A stretch of 63,984 bases of DNA, counting the filler, from Candidatus Babelota bacterium (GTDB taxonomy: Bacteria > JAGOBX01), in NCBI GenBank assembly GCA_017999075.1. It is 10 parts of 10 records of this genome, joined end to end, with 100 filler letters (N's around TTAATTAATTAA, not from the genome) between each part and the next. Parts side by side here need not be neighbours in the genome. Positions count along the whole stretch, not along the records: positions 40,040 to 46,512 come from JAGOBX010000204.1; positions 46,613 to 53,084 come from JAGOBX010000205.1; 8 more parts are not named here. One strand, written 5' to 3'. Below the pieces are notes generated by a model. It was not told where the DNA came from. It did no database searches and saw only the letters and a list, made by a program, of their open reading frames with translations. This document shows positions 40,635 to 51,540 of the stretch, one piece after another. Positions within the stretch are counted from its first letter, which is position 1, and each line of letters begins with the position of its first letter. Made by a program: the position numbers and the translations under genes.

Positions 40635-41902
40635 TTATTGTTTTTTTTATTTTATCTGTTTTAAGTTACGGATATTCGTTTAATGCCGGAGTTCCTCTTA
40701 CTTTACGATATACTGCGGAACATTCTGCGTTATCAGCTGTAACAGCGTTCAGTTCCGGAATAAACGGTATTTTATATAATCCGGCGCTGGTTAAATTAGA
40801 AAAATATGACAGGAATTTTGTAAGCAGCTACATATCGCTGCCGCAGCAGATAAGCCTTTATTATCTTGCTTTTTCAAAAGAACTTGAACAGGATAAAAAT
40901 ACAAGGTTATCAGTTTTTTTATCAGGAATTGACGGCGGTTCAATAAATCAGACAATGATAAACGGAAGAGATATTGAATATACTAATAATTCAAGCGGGT
41001 ATTCCGGATTTCAGGGCGGGTTATCTGTTTCGTATAACCGGAATAAAATAGGATACGGATTTAATCTTAAGAATTATTCTGAAAAAATATCAGGATATAA
41101 AGATAATTTGATTTTATTTGATTTTGGATTTTTATATAAAAATATATTTGAAAATTTAGATGCCGGAATTTCTGCATTGAACATAGGATCAAACATAAAA
41201 ATAAATAATTCTGAAGAAAAAATATCGAGAATATTTTCCGGAGGGTTAAAATATTCTGTTTATAGATTTGATATTCTTGTTGATTTGAAAAAAATCGGAG
41301 AACTGTCTCCGAAATTTTCGTACGGGATTAATTTCAGATTTGATGATAATTTTCATCTGATGGCTGGATACAATGGAACTAAAGATATAAATAATTATAT
41401 TTCTTTCGGATTCGGGTATTTCTATAATTCTCTGGGAATACAATATGCATATGATAATTATGATGAACTTGGGGATTTACACTATATAACTATAAGTATG
41501 AGTTTAAAACCTTTGTCGAATATTTTTGGAATAAAAAAACAAAAAACAGATAATGATAAACTGAAAATCAATAAAAAATCTGTTTATAAAAATGATATGG
41601 GGCAAAATGATAAATCTAATAAAACTGAATATGAAAATAAAAAATCGGAAAATAAACCTGAAGTTAAATTGAATTATGAAACTATTGATATAGGAAAGTT
41701 AAAAGAAAATGCTTTGAAAGCATTTGAATCAAAACAATATGAATTGGCTGTTATTATACTGCAGAAAATTATTTATAACCAGCCTGAAGATATTGAATCT
41801 ATAAAACTTCTTGGCGATGTTTATTTTGAAATCAAAGATTATGACAATGCAGTAAAATGTTATGATATGGTTCAGAGAATAGGATTAAGGAAAGTTAAAT
41901 AA
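40604..41902 (+). CDS. PorV/PorQ-like outer-membrane beta-barrel with C-terminal TPR
   Basis: Signal peptide, LYNPA, GFNLK, FDFG, GISALNIG and YAY..Y.ELG..H.IT motifs; charged linker and TPR at the C-terminus. Confidence 0.72.
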   Translation: MRKKITNYSLIIVFFILSVLSYGYSFNAGVPLTLRYTAEHSALSAVTAFSSGINGILYNPALVKLEKYDRNFVSSYISLPQQISLYYLAFSKELEQDKNTRLSVFLSGIDGGSINQTMINGRDIEYTNNSSGYSGFQGGLSVSYNRNKIGYGFNLKNYSEKISGYKDNLILFDFGFLYKNIFENLDAGISALNIGSNIKINNSEEKISRIFSGGLKYSVYRFDILVDLKKIGELSPKFSYGINFRFDDNFHLMAGYNGTKDINNYISFGFGYFYNSLGIQYAYDNYDELGDLHYITISMSLKPLSNIFGIKKQKTDNDKLKINKKSVYKNDMGQNDKSNKTEYENKKSENKPEVKLNYETIDIGKLKENALKAFESKQYELAVIILQKIIYNQPEDIESIKLLGDVYFEIKDYDNAVKCYDMVQRIGLRKVK

Positions 41903-42010
41903 TAATTTTGTTTTAACAGGATTGTTTATTATATAAAGGAAAATAGTTACATAAACAGAAAAATTAGAATTTTGCTTGCGGAAGTTTTAGAAAATCAGAG
42001 TTTTGGATTT

Positions 42011-42712
42011 ATGGATTATTATTTAGAAAAAAAATATGGTTATGTCTTATTAATTTTAATGGGTTTCGTTTTGAATTGCATTGGGTTGAATGCCGCTGAT
42101 ATTTCATGGTTTGATTCAGGCGATACGTTTTTTTATAATACAGTTAAGAAAACAGAAATAATATCGGATCAAAACGGCGATACGCTGTATTATAACATAG
42201 AATATTATAAATCAGGAGATTTTTTGAGAATAGAACGTTATGCATTTAGAGAAAAGGTGGAAACTTTTATTTTACATATAGGGAATGATTATCATGTTTG
42301 GCGTAAAAATTCTGATGGAAAAACTATAAGCCAATTTCAAAAAAAAGATGATCCTGATAAATATAAGTATAATTCTCAAATTCTCAATTATTCAGAAAAT
42401 ATTTTTAATGATTATTTCGGAAGTGAAACTGCCAACCTTGATGAATTGAAGTTTGAAATAACCGGAGATACAAAAGGAATGTTTGATGGACTGAATGAAG
42501 AAGTCTATCATTTATCATCTAAACTTATAGATATTTCAGGCGCAAATATGTATATAAACGAGCATTGGCTGACAAAAAAACGAATGGTTATAAAAGAAAT
42601 TTCAAGACATTATGTCAAGTCTATTGGATTGGATTTTATATTGAAGAGTATTTCGGTAAAAACAAATGAATTTGATTGCATATTGCCGGAAAATTTAAAT
42701 AAAATTTATTGA
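42011..42712 (+). CDS. Hypothetical exported protein
   Basis: Long ORF with a hydrophobic signal-like segment (VLLILMGFVLNCIGLNA); no recognised motif. Confidence 0.6.
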   Translation: MDYYLEKKYGYVLLILMGFVLNCIGLNAADISWFDSGDTFFYNTVKKTEIISDQNGDTLYYNIEYYKSGDFLRIERYAFREKVETFILHIGNDYHVWRKNSDGKTISQFQKKDDPDKYKYNSQILNYSENIFNDYFGSETANLDELKFEITGDTKGMFDGLNEEVYHLSSKLIDISGANMYINEHWLTKKRMVIKEISRHYVKSIGLDFILKSISVKTNEFDCILPENLNKIY

Positions 42713-42723
42713 CCGGAAAAAAT

Positions 42724-44826
42724 ATGTTATGTGAAAATTTGAAAATTGAAACATGCAGCGAGCGTATTGCAGTTTTTTCAAATAAGAAATCAGGATGTTA
42801 TTTTACTCAAACTTGTAACAAAAACAGCGATTACTGGCGCGGCTGGTTTGTTAATGATGATAAAATTATCGATGATTATTCAATTTTAACTGAATCCGGC
42901 TATTTAGATAAATCAGAAACATTTTCGGAAATATATCCTCATAAAATAATAAAAAAATCGCAAAATATTTTTGTGGAAGAAATTTTTCCTGATTATAGCG
43001 ATTCGCTTATATTAACTTTAAACAATAAAACCAAAAGTATTTCATTTATTCCGCTTATAGCCGGAGAACGAAAAATTTCCGGAATAGAAATTAAGAAAAA
43101 CGCAGTTATATTTGCTTTTGATGAATTTAAATTTTTAACATTAACAATCGGTAAAAGTTCCGGAATTGAAATTATAGATAATCATATTCCTGATTTATCT
43201 TATAATAAATATCATACTCCTGTTAAAATTAATTTTGATTATGGAGAACATACTGTTGTTTTAAGTTATGCTTCAAATAAAGAGGATTCTCTGAATAAAG
43301 GGATAGAAATTTTTAAGAATAAATTTGAAATTATCGAACAAAAAATTAATCGTATAAACGGCATTTTGAAATATGCGGATATAAATGTATCTGATAAAAT
43401 TTATGAGTTTAGTTTGAACTGGATTTTAGTTCAGACTGATAATTTAATAATGGAAAAAGTCGGTAAGGGAATTTATGCCGGATATCCATGGTTTAATAAT
43501 TATTGGGGAAGAGACACATTTATTTCTTTTCCTGGAGCAACTCTTGTAACTGGAAAGTTTGAAGATGCAAAACAGATATTGACTTCATTTTTTGATTTTC
43601 AAAACAATGATAAAAATTCAGAATTTTACGGAAGAGTTCCAAACAGGGTAAATAATGAAAACGATATTATATATAATACGGCAGATGGAACTCCTTGGTC
43701 AGTTATTCAATTGTATAATTATGTTAAATATACCGGAGACATTGAATTGCTGGAGAAATTGTATGAAAAAGTTCGATTAAGTATTGAATCAAATATTGTC
43801 AGGGCAGATGAAAAATTTTTTTTGAAGCATAAAGATGCAGAAACATGGATGGACGCTCAGATTAATGGAAAGATTCCTATTACTCCGCGCGGCAACAGGG
43901 CAAATGATATTCAGGTATTATGGTTCAATCAATTGAAATACGGAATAATTATATCGGAAATTCTCGAGAAAAAAAATACAGCAGAAAAATGGAAATCAAT
44001 ATTAGAAACTCTTAAAAAAAATTTTAGAGGATTTTTTATTAACAGTTCAGGCACTTTGTTTGATCACTTGAATCAGGACGGTTCTGCAGATATGCAGATA
44101 CGTCCGAATCAGATTTTTGCAGTATCACTCGGACTTGATGATTTGATTGAGTTTGAAACAGGTAAAAGAATTTTAGACGAAGTTGTTTTTAAACTCACTT
44201 ATTCTTATGGAGTAGGTTCTTTGAATCAGGATGACCCTGATTTTAAACCTTTTCATCATAGTCCTGATTATCATTTTGATTTGGCGTATCACAATGGTAT
44301 TGTATGGCAGTGGCTTGCCGGTCATTTAATAACTTCTCTCGTGAAATTCGGAAAAACTGATACTGCTTTTGGACTTACCAAAAATATGGCAGACCAAAGT
44401 ATGAATAAAGGAGCCGCTGGATGTATAGCTGAACTCATTGACGCATTTCCTGATAAAAACGGAAATATAAAGTTATCCGGAGCTTTTTCTCAGGCATGGA
44501 GTAATGCTGAATTTTTAAGAAATTTTTATTCGGATTATTGCGGATTTAATCCTGACATGATTAATAATACTCTGTATCTTTCTCCTTTTTTACCGGAAGA
44601 GATTAATTTTGTGTCTTTTGTTGGATATTTTGGCGGAAATGCAGTTAAAATCACGTTTGAAAAAAATGGAGAATTATTGAATTGTCAGATAAGTCCGGTT
44701 AAAACCGGATTCCTCCAAAAAATCAAAATTATTTTTTATAATTCAGATGAAAGAGAAATTTATTTGAAAAATGAAAACCGTTTTTTAATTGATTTGAATT
44801 TGAAACGCATTATAGAGAAAAACTAA
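42724..44826 (+). CDS. Amylo-alpha-1,6-glucosidase / glycogen debranching family glycoside hydrolase
   Basis: IYAGYPWF..YWGRDTFISFPG, YNTADGTPW, TWMDA, IRPNQIFA, YHNG.VW.WL and QAWS motifs. Confidence 0.9.
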   Translation: MLCENLKIETCSERIAVFSNKKSGCYFTQTCNKNSDYWRGWFVNDDKIIDDYSILTESGYLDKSETFSEIYPHKIIKKSQNIFVEEIFPDYSDSLILTLNNKTKSISFIPLIAGERKISGIEIKKNAVIFAFDEFKFLTLTIGKSSGIEIIDNHIPDLSYNKYHTPVKINFDYGEHTVVLSYASNKEDSLNKGIEIFKNKFEIIEQKINRINGILKYADINVSDKIYEFSLNWILVQTDNLIMEKVGKGIYAGYPWFNNYWGRDTFISFPGATLVTGKFEDAKQILTSFFDFQNNDKNSEFYGRVPNRVNNENDIIYNTADGTPWSVIQLYNYVKYTGDIELLEKLYEKVRLSIESNIVRADEKFFLKHKDAETWMDAQINGKIPITPRGNRANDIQVLWFNQLKYGIIISEILEKKNTAEKWKSILETLKKNFRGFFINSSGTLFDHLNQDGSADMQIRPNQIFAVSLGLDDLIEFETGKRILDEVVFKLTYSYGVGSLNQDDPDFKPFHHSPDYHFDLAYHNGIVWQWLAGHLITSLVKFGKTDTAFGLTKNMADQSMNKGAAGCIAELIDAFPDKNGNIKLSGAFSQAWSNAEFLRNFYSDYCGFNPDMINNTLYLSPFLPEEINFVSFVGYFGGNAVKITFEKNGELLNCQISPVKTGFLQKIKIIFYNSDEREIYLKNENRFLIDLNLKRIIEKN

Positions 44827-44924
44827 GTATAAAAATTATATTTTCATATTGATTTTTTTATTTTTCTATATATATATTAAGTCATAAATTATTTTCAAAA
44901 TTTTCTAAAAAGGGTGAATACGGT

Positions 44925-45941
44925 ATGAAAAATTATTATGTGGCAGTTGCAGGCGCAACAGGCGCAGTTGGAACAGAAATGATTAAATGTTTGGAAGACA
45001 GAAAATTTCCTGTAAGTAAAATCAAACTTCTTGCTTCATCGAAATCTGTTGGAAAAAAGTTGAAATTCCGCGGAGAAGATATTAAGGTGGAAGAATTAAA
45101 ACATGATTCTTTCAAAGGCGTTGATATTGCATTGTTTTCAGCAGGCGGCGACCGGAGTTTAGAATTTGCTCCTTCAGCGGCTAAAGATAAATGCGTTGTG
45201 ATTGATAACAGCAGCGCGTTCAGAATGGATAAAGAAACTCCGCTTGTAGTTCCTGAAGTTAATCCTGATGCAGCGAAAAATCATAAATATATAATTGCCA
45301 ATCCTAATTGCTCTACAATTCAGATGGTGGTTACATTAAAACCTATTCACGATATTTCAAAAATAAAAAATGTAATAGTATCTACATACCAGTCCGTATC
45401 CGGAGCCGGAGCTAAGGGTATGGATGAACTTATGAAACAAACAACTGCAATAGTAAATAATTCAGAAGTTCCCGGACCATCAAAATTTGCTCATAGAATT
45501 GCATTCAATTGCCTTCCTCATATAGATAGTTTTATTGAAAACCGCTATACTAAAGAAGAAATGAAAATGGTGAATGAAACAAGAAAAATTATGGGAGACA
45601 ATTCGATAAATGTTTCTCCAACTACTGTAAGAGTTCCGGTATTCCGCGGACACAGCGAATCAGTTACTGTAATAACGGAACGCAAAATTACGAGAGATGA
45701 AGTTATTGCTGCTTTTTCAAATGCTCCGGGAATTATAGTTCAGGATGATCCGTTTAAAGCAGTATATCCTTTAGCTATTGATTGCGAAGGAAAATACGAT
45801 ACTTTTGTGGGAAGAATAAGAGAAGATATAGGGCTTGAAAATGCGCTGTCTATGTGGATTGTTTCTGATAATTTGCTTAAAGGCGCTGCTTCTAATGCTG
45901 TACAAATAGCAGAATTGCTTGCTGAAAAAAATTGGTTATAA
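44925..45941 (+). CDS. asd: Aspartate-semialdehyde dehydrogenase
   Basis: GATGAVG, IDNSSAFRM, IIANPNCSTIQ, STYQSVSGAG, RVPVFRGHSE and DNLLKGAA motifs. Confidence 0.97.
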   Translation: MKNYYVAVAGATGAVGTEMIKCLEDRKFPVSKIKLLASSKSVGKKLKFRGEDIKVEELKHDSFKGVDIALFSAGGDRSLEFAPSAAKDKCVVIDNSSAFRMDKETPLVVPEVNPDAAKNHKYIIANPNCSTIQMVVTLKPIHDISKIKNVIVSTYQSVSGAGAKGMDELMKQTTAIVNNSEVPGPSKFAHRIAFNCLPHIDSFIENRYTKEEMKMVNETRKIMGDNSINVSPTTVRVPVFRGHSESVTVITERKITRDEVIAAFSNAPGIIVQDDPFKAVYPLAIDCEGKYDTFVGRIREDIGLENALSMWIVSDNLLKGAASNAVQIAELLAEKNWL

Positions 45942-45965
45942 ATCAGATATTTTAAAGTTGAAATA

Positions 45966-46343
45966 ATGAGAATAATAATATTTGTATTACTGATTTTTAT
46001 GGTTTTATTTTTAACTAATTGCGTTAAAAAACCTGATAATGCTCTTGAACAATTAGTGTCTGATACAGGAACTGTTTCAGTAAGCACTTATATTATTGAT
46101 TCAGATGGAAGTATAAATAATACTGAAGATATTATTGATACTGAAGCTATAAGAAAAAAAGCCCGTGAAGAGTTTGAATCTCAAAATCAAATAATGCTTC
46201 AAAAATATGACGAAAGAACTTCTAAAGAGGAAGAAAAAAATATTTCGGATACATTAAATTTGATTGAAAATAAGGGAATTGGCAATATAATTAAAAAAAA
46301 AGAATTAATTGGTAAACTTGATAAAAAAAAATCAAATGAATAA
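45966..46343 (+). CDS. Hypothetical lipoprotein
   Basis: Hydrophobic signal ending in lipobox-like LTNC. Confidence 0.6.
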   Translation: MRIIIFVLLIFMVLFLTNCVKKPDNALEQLVSDTGTVSVSTYIIDSDGSINNTEDIIDTEAIRKKAREEFESQNQIMLQKYDERTSKEEEKNISDTLNLIENKGIGNIIKKKELIGKLDKKKSNE

Positions 46344-46512
46344 AATATTGTGCGCAGGCGAAAGCATAATAGATTTTGTTTCACTTGAAAACGGAAAAAG
46401 CCTTGAGGAAACTGTTTTATTTTCAAAACAATCAGGAGGGTCAAGTTCAAATGTTGCTGTTGGACTTGCCCGTCTTGACATACCTGCAGCTTTTACCGGA
46501 ATAATAGCTGTC
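46336..46512 (+). CDS. PfkB family carbohydrate kinase, truncated
   Basis: MNKILCAGESIIDF and GGSSSNVAVGLARLD PfkB signature. Confidence 0.88.
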
Positions 46513-46612
46513 NNNNNNNNNNNNNNNNNNNNNNNNNNNNNNNNNNNNNNNNNNNNTTAATTAATTAANNNNNNNNNNNNNNNNNNNNNNNNNNNNNNNN
46601 NNNNNNNNNNNN

Positions 46613-47103
46613 CAGTAGAACTGGTGGTCGGATCAATACTTCATCCTGCGCCGTCATCAATATTCTCTCCAGGAGCAATTTTAATAATTTTCATAATACC
46701 ATTATTGACTGCGGTTAACAAACTTGAACCAAGATTCGGTTCTATTACTGTAATCGGTTTATTTACTGCAATATTAAAATTAATTTCAGTGGGTGGAGTC
46801 AAGTTTGTCCCTGCATTAGCAATTTTCATTGAAGCATTAATTTTTGATTTGATAATACATTTATTTCCTGAAAGCTATAAAAAATCAAAGATAATAGCCG
46901 CAGGATTGTCAGCAGCAGTTGCAGGAAGCGCTGCAGGAGCAATTATAGGCGGATACACTATAGGATTATTCGATGGTAAAACATGGGCATTCATATCATA
47001 TTATGTATGCTTTAGAGTGGGAAAAGCCCTTATAGGCGGAGTAATTGGAACAATAATAGGAATTACAGTTCAAAACAGATTGGCGGGCTATGTTAAAAAT
47101 TAA
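46613..47103 (+). CDS. ECF transporter substrate-specific (S) component, 5' truncated
   Basis: Small, very hydrophobic ORF directly upstream of ECF ATPase and EcfT genes. Confidence 0.65.
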
Positions 47104-48415
47104 TAATCTTTCAATATCATATCATTCTAAGAATATAATAAAAAAACTTAATTTAAAAATTGAAGATGGGTCAATAATAATTATCTGCGGCAGTTCAGGT
47201 GCAGGCAAAACAACTTTGCTGCATGCATTATCAGGAATTATTCCCGGTATTATAAAAGCCGAAGTTAATGGTTCAATTGAATCAGACGGAGATTCAACTA
47301 TAGTATTTCAAAATCCTCATTATTATTCATTTGCAAACATAGTTCTTGAAGAATTGTCGTTTTATCAGGAAAACCTGAATATTCCGCCAGACAGCATTAT
47401 TGAAAACGTTTTTGAAACGGCAAAATTCTTCAGCCTGGAAAATAAACTCTTAAAAAAAATAACAGATTTATCCGCAGGAGAAAAAGAACGGGTTTCTATA
47501 TCTTCCGCAGTAATGACAAAATCTAAAATATTTTTTTTTGACGAACCTTTATCCTTGCTTGATGAAACAGGAAAAAAAATTTTTTTAGAACTTGTACTTA
47601 AACTTAAATCAGAAAAAAAAATATGTTTTATTTCCGAACATTTAGTAGAACCGCTGCTGAAAATATCTGATAACTTATTATTTTTAAATAATTCTGCGGA
47701 ATATTCTTACTACAATTTGCCGCTATCTGAAAATGACGAAAATGATTTATTTGAAAAAGGAATAAGAACAAAAAAACTATATAACGGACACAGAGCTGGT
47801 TATAAATCTGAAGAAATAATTTTAAAAACTGAAAATTTAAGTTTCGGATATAACTCCCAAAATAAAATTTTGAATAATTTGAACTTTGAAATTCATAAAG
47901 GAAATATTACTGCAATATCAGGCCTAAACGGGACAGGCAAAACCACTTTATTAAAATTAATCGCCGGATTGCTGAAATATGATACCGGAAAAATCTTATG
48001 TTCAGAAAAAATCGCATACATTGACCAGGACCCGGACAGAATGCTTTTTGAAAACAGCGTATATAATGAAATAAATCCGTCAAAAAAATATAATGAAAAT
48101 AAAATAGACATGATACTTAACGAACTTAATATTTCCCATCTGAAGCACAATAACCCGCTGCTTTTAAGTTTAGGCGAAAAACACAGGGTATCCATAGCAG
48201 CAGCGCTCATAACAAATCCATCGTTAATTTTAATTGATGAACCTGCCGCAGGTTTAGATTATAAAAATTTATCTGCATTTTTTGAAATATTACATAGTTT
48301 AACTATTTCCCGTAATATTACGGTTATGATTTCTTCAAACGACAAAGAATTGATAAAATCCTATTCGTCAAAAATTTTTCATATTGAAAACGGAGAAATT
48401 CATGTTAGAACATAA
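47090..48415 (+). CDS. ECF transporter duplicated ATPase (A-A' fusion)
   Basis: Two Walker A motifs (GSSGAGKTT, GLNGTGKTT), VFQNP/DQDP, LSAGEK/LSLGEK and two DEP motifs. Confidence 0.9.
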   Translation: MLKINNLSISYHSKNIIKKLNLKIEDGSIIIICGSSGAGKTTLLHALSGIIPGIIKAEVNGSIESDGDSTIVFQNPHYYSFANIVLEELSFYQENLNIPPDSIIENVFETAKFFSLENKLLKKITDLSAGEKERVSISSAVMTKSKIFFFDEPLSLLDETGKKIFLELVLKLKSEKKICFISEHLVEPLLKISDNLLFLNNSAEYSYYNLPLSENDENDLFEKGIRTKKLYNGHRAGYKSEEIILKTENLSFGYNSQNKILNNLNFEIHKGNITAISGLNGTGKTTLLKLIAGLLKYDTGKILCSEKIAYIDQDPDRMLFENSVYNEINPSKKYNENKIDMILNELNISHLKHNNPLLLSLGEKHRVSIAAALITNPSLILIDEPAAGLDYKNLSAFFEILHSLTISRNITVMISSNDKELIKSYSSKIFHIENGEIHVRT

Positions 48416-49076
48416 TGCATTTGAATATTCTCATAAACAAACCATCATACATAAATTGCCTGTTAAATACAAACTGCTGGCGCTTTTAACAATAGTTATA
48501 CTAATTAATTATTCAAATAACATTATTTTATTGGCGCTATTAACTTGTTTTTCAATAATTTTTTATATTGCGGCAGGATTCAATTTTATTGATTTCATCA
48601 AAGATATTAAATTTGTTTTATATTTATTTGCCGCAGGATTAATTTTCTGGATAGTATTCAATTACAGATCTTTTGAATATTTATCAGTTTTATTTTTTGA
48701 AATCATATTATTCTTTTCAAGTTTTGCATTATTCTTAAGAACAACAAATATCCAAGAATTATTATTCGGGTTGAGATTTTTTTTGCCATATAAAATAATA
48801 TTCGCCATAGGAATAAGCATAAGATTTTTACCGATATTGTCAAATGAATTAAAAAACATTATTTTATTACAAAAACATAGAGGTGGAAAATATGACTTAA
48901 AGTCAATTATTACTGGAAATGCAGTTTTATCAATAATAATTCCGCTTATTGTAAGATGCGTTAAAATTTCAGAACATCTGACAATATACGCATACGTAAA
49001 AAAATTTGGCTTTTCAAAAAAAAGAACGTATATATGCGATTCAAAAAAATATAAAAAACTATTTGAATCCGAATAA
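48402..49076 (+). CDS. ECF transporter transmembrane component T (CbiQ/EcfT)
   Basis: IHKLPVKYKL, RTT..ELL.GL, RFLPIL..E...I...QKHRG and IIPLIVR motifs. Confidence 0.85.
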   Translation: MLEHNAFEYSHKQTIIHKLPVKYKLLALLTIVILINYSNNIILLALLTCFSIIFYIAAGFNFIDFIKDIKFVLYLFAAGLIFWIVFNYRSFEYLSVLFFEIILFFSSFALFLRTTNIQELLFGLRFFLPYKIIFAIGISIRFLPILSNELKNIILLQKHRGGKYDLKSIITGNAVLSIIIPLIVRCVKISEHLTIYAYVKKFGFSKKRTYICDSKKYKKLFESE

Positions 49077-49113
49077 TTTTATTTTTTATAATTTCAAGAG
49101 GAGTGAAATATTT

Positions 49114-51144
49114 ATGTCCAAATTATTTATCATTCATTTTGTTTCATTTTTAATAATTTTATCAGCAAATATGAATTTAACTGCAGAGCCGGTGTTTGAT
49201 CTTGGCGAAATAACTGTTACTGCTGAAAAATCAGAAATTGTCAAAGCTAATCCTGTAATAAAAATTACTGCTGAAAAAATAACGGATTTAAACGCTCAAA
49301 ATATAGGCGAATCATTAAAATTCAGCCCGTCGGTAATATACAGGCAAGCGCGCTCAAAACGGGAATATTATCTGAACGTAAGAGGACTTGAACAGGAACA
49401 CATTACAGTGCTTCTCGATGGAATGCCCTTAAACCAGCCATATGACGGAGTATTGGATTTACAAAACATAATGACTGCTGATGTTTCAGAAATATCTTTA
49501 ATCAAAGGATCTGCTTCTCCAATATACGGAGGTCAGGGTATAGCAGGAATATTGAATGTTATAACAAAAAAATCAACTGATAAAAATGGTTATCTGACTC
49601 TTCAGTACGGGACCTCAAATTTTCAAAATTATGATGTTAATTTTTCAAAAACAATCAACAAATTTACTTTTTTTGCCGCAGGTTCTTACGGAAGTTCAGA
49701 TGATATTCCAATTTCAGATCCATACGTAATCAACTATCTATTTGGAAATGCAGCAGCAACTTATTCCAACTCAAAAAAGCTTGAAAATACGGATTATATA
49801 AAACGCTCAATATCTTTTAAGACAACTTATAATTTAACCGAAAAATCAATTCTTGGATTTACCACAGAATATTATAATAATATTTGGGGAGTAGCTCCGC
49901 ATTTCGTAAGTAATGTGTCAAACGGAAAAGAACGTTTCAGAATATGGCGATTCACCGATTGGGAACGCGCCACATACAATTTGATATATAAATATGAACA
50001 CGAAAATTTTGCACTAAAAACAAGATTATTTCTTGATAATTTCGATAATTCCCTTGATCAGCGCGATATTGTAAGTCTGGCTAATTACAACGGAGAAACC
50101 TATACTCAGGCCATTTCTAAATATGACGACCAGTTATACGGAGGGAATTTGGTATTATCAAAAAATTTTAATAATATTTCCACTGAATTAAGTTTGAATT
50201 TTAAACAGGACAAACATTCCGAACAAAGCAATTCTGTTTCGCCGTGGCTTGATTTCAAATCAAGAACATATTCAATAGGAAATCTTAATACTTTTAAAAT
50301 CCGCGATAATTTAAAACTGCAGGCCGGATTGAGCTGGGATATGCTGGATAAAGTTCTTGTACAGGAAATAAAAAATGGAAATGTATCAGATACCGTTTCA
50401 GGAAAATCAGTAAAAACCGTCAATCCTTATTTTACGGCGATCTTTGATGTTGCAAAAAACAGTTCTATTGCATTTTCTTACGCAAAAAAAATAAAATTTC
50501 CGACTTTAAAAAATTTGTACAGCAGAAGTGTTGATGGAACAAATAATCCCGGCAATCCTGATTTAAAAGAAGAAAGATCCGATAATTTCAATTTGAATTT
50601 TGAACACTCAATAAATAATGGTTTACTTTCTCTCGGATGTTTTTATTATGATATAGACAATCATATAATTTTCAATAATATTTCCGGAACTTACAAACAA
50701 TTTGATGCGCGTATTTACGGCATTGAATTTTCCGGATTAAAAAAAATTAATAATTGGAGCACAGATTGTTCTATCACTTTACTGAAAGCAAGAAATGATT
50801 CAAACAATTTACCTTCAAAAAAAATCGAATATAAACCAGAAATACAGGCTAATGCAGGAATAACTTATTCCAAAAACGGTTATAGATTTATCTTAAACAA
50901 TAAATATATAGGCAGACAAACATATTATGAATACCGCCAAAGATACTATACTGCCGGTACTAATCCTCAAACAGGCAAACTTGACGATTATATTCTGACT
51001 GATATTAAACTTGAAAAGAAGTTTATGGAATCTCATTCTTTGTTCGTAAATATAAAAAATATTTTTGATAAATCATATTTTGATATGCTTTATATGCCTG
51101 GCGCAGGCAGAATTATACACACAGGATATTCTTTTAGTTTTTAA
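49114..51144 (+). CDS. TonB-dependent receptor
   Basis: Signal peptide, TonB box-like LGEITVTAEK, plug motifs VRGL/LLDG/IKGSASPIYG...GILNVITKK, GNPDLKEE, C-terminal Phe; start at MSKLF after GAGGAG. Confidence 0.93.
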   Translation: MSKLFIIHFVSFLIILSANMNLTAEPVFDLGEITVTAEKSEIVKANPVIKITAEKITDLNAQNIGESLKFSPSVIYRQARSKREYYLNVRGLEQEHITVLLDGMPLNQPYDGVLDLQNIMTADVSEISLIKGSASPIYGGQGIAGILNVITKKSTDKNGYLTLQYGTSNFQNYDVNFSKTINKFTFFAAGSYGSSDDIPISDPYVINYLFGNAAATYSNSKKLENTDYIKRSISFKTTYNLTEKSILGFTTEYYNNIWGVAPHFVSNVSNGKERFRIWRFTDWERATYNLIYKYEHENFALKTRLFLDNFDNSLDQRDIVSLANYNGETYTQAISKYDDQLYGGNLVLSKNFNNISTELSLNFKQDKHSEQSNSVSPWLDFKSRTYSIGNLNTFKIRDNLKLQAGLSWDMLDKVLVQEIKNGNVSDTVSGKSVKTVNPYFTAIFDVAKNSSIAFSYAKKIKFPTLKNLYSRSVDGTNNPGNPDLKEERSDNFNLNFEHSINNGLLSLGCFYYDIDNHIIFNNISGTYKQFDARIYGIEFSGLKKINNWSTDCSITLLKARNDSNNLPSKKIEYKPEIQANAGITYSKNGYRFILNNKYIGRQTYYEYRQRYYTAGTNPQTGKLDDYILTDIKLEKKFMESHSLFVNIKNIFDKSYFDMLYMPGAGRIIHTGYSFSF

Positions 51145-51153
51145 TAAAAAAAA

Positions 51154-51181
51154 TTGACATTACTGACTTTTTTATTATAAT
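51154..51181 (+). promoter_or_regulatory. Sigma70-type promoter
   Basis: TTGACA (51154-51159) N16 TATAAT (51176-51181), consensus hexamers, upstream of ORF 51224. Confidence 0.65.
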
Positions 51182-51223
51182 TTTAATAGGCGAATATTTT
51201 TTTAAAAAAACGAAATTATTAAA

Positions 51224-51523
51224 ATGAATATAAAAGCCAATTTTATATGTCAGGATAAATTAAGTTATGTTCCTGTAAATGTTCGGCAAATTTCAAACAC
51301 TAAATTAATTAAATATAGCTATAAAGATTCAAAAAAAAATAAACATTTTTTAATTTTTATAGCTATATTATCTTTGATAATTTCTTTTCTTATAACTTAT
51401 TTCAATATAGGTAAACAATTACAAAATTATAAGGTTCTTCCAAATTCATATCATAAAAATGATAATGAATCGGAATTAGATTTATTAAAAAAATATAAAA
51501 ATATATTAAATAAAATAGATTAA
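51224..51523 (+). CDS. Hypothetical single-TM protein
   Basis: 99-aa ORF with one TM helix, downstream of the consensus promoter. Confidence 0.5.
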   Translation: MNIKANFICQDKLSYVPVNVRQISNTKLIKYSYKDSKKNKHFLIFIAILSLIISFLITYFNIGKQLQNYKVLPNSYHKNDNESELDLLKKYKNILNKID

Positions 51524-51540
51524 ACTTAAGTTTAAGTCTT

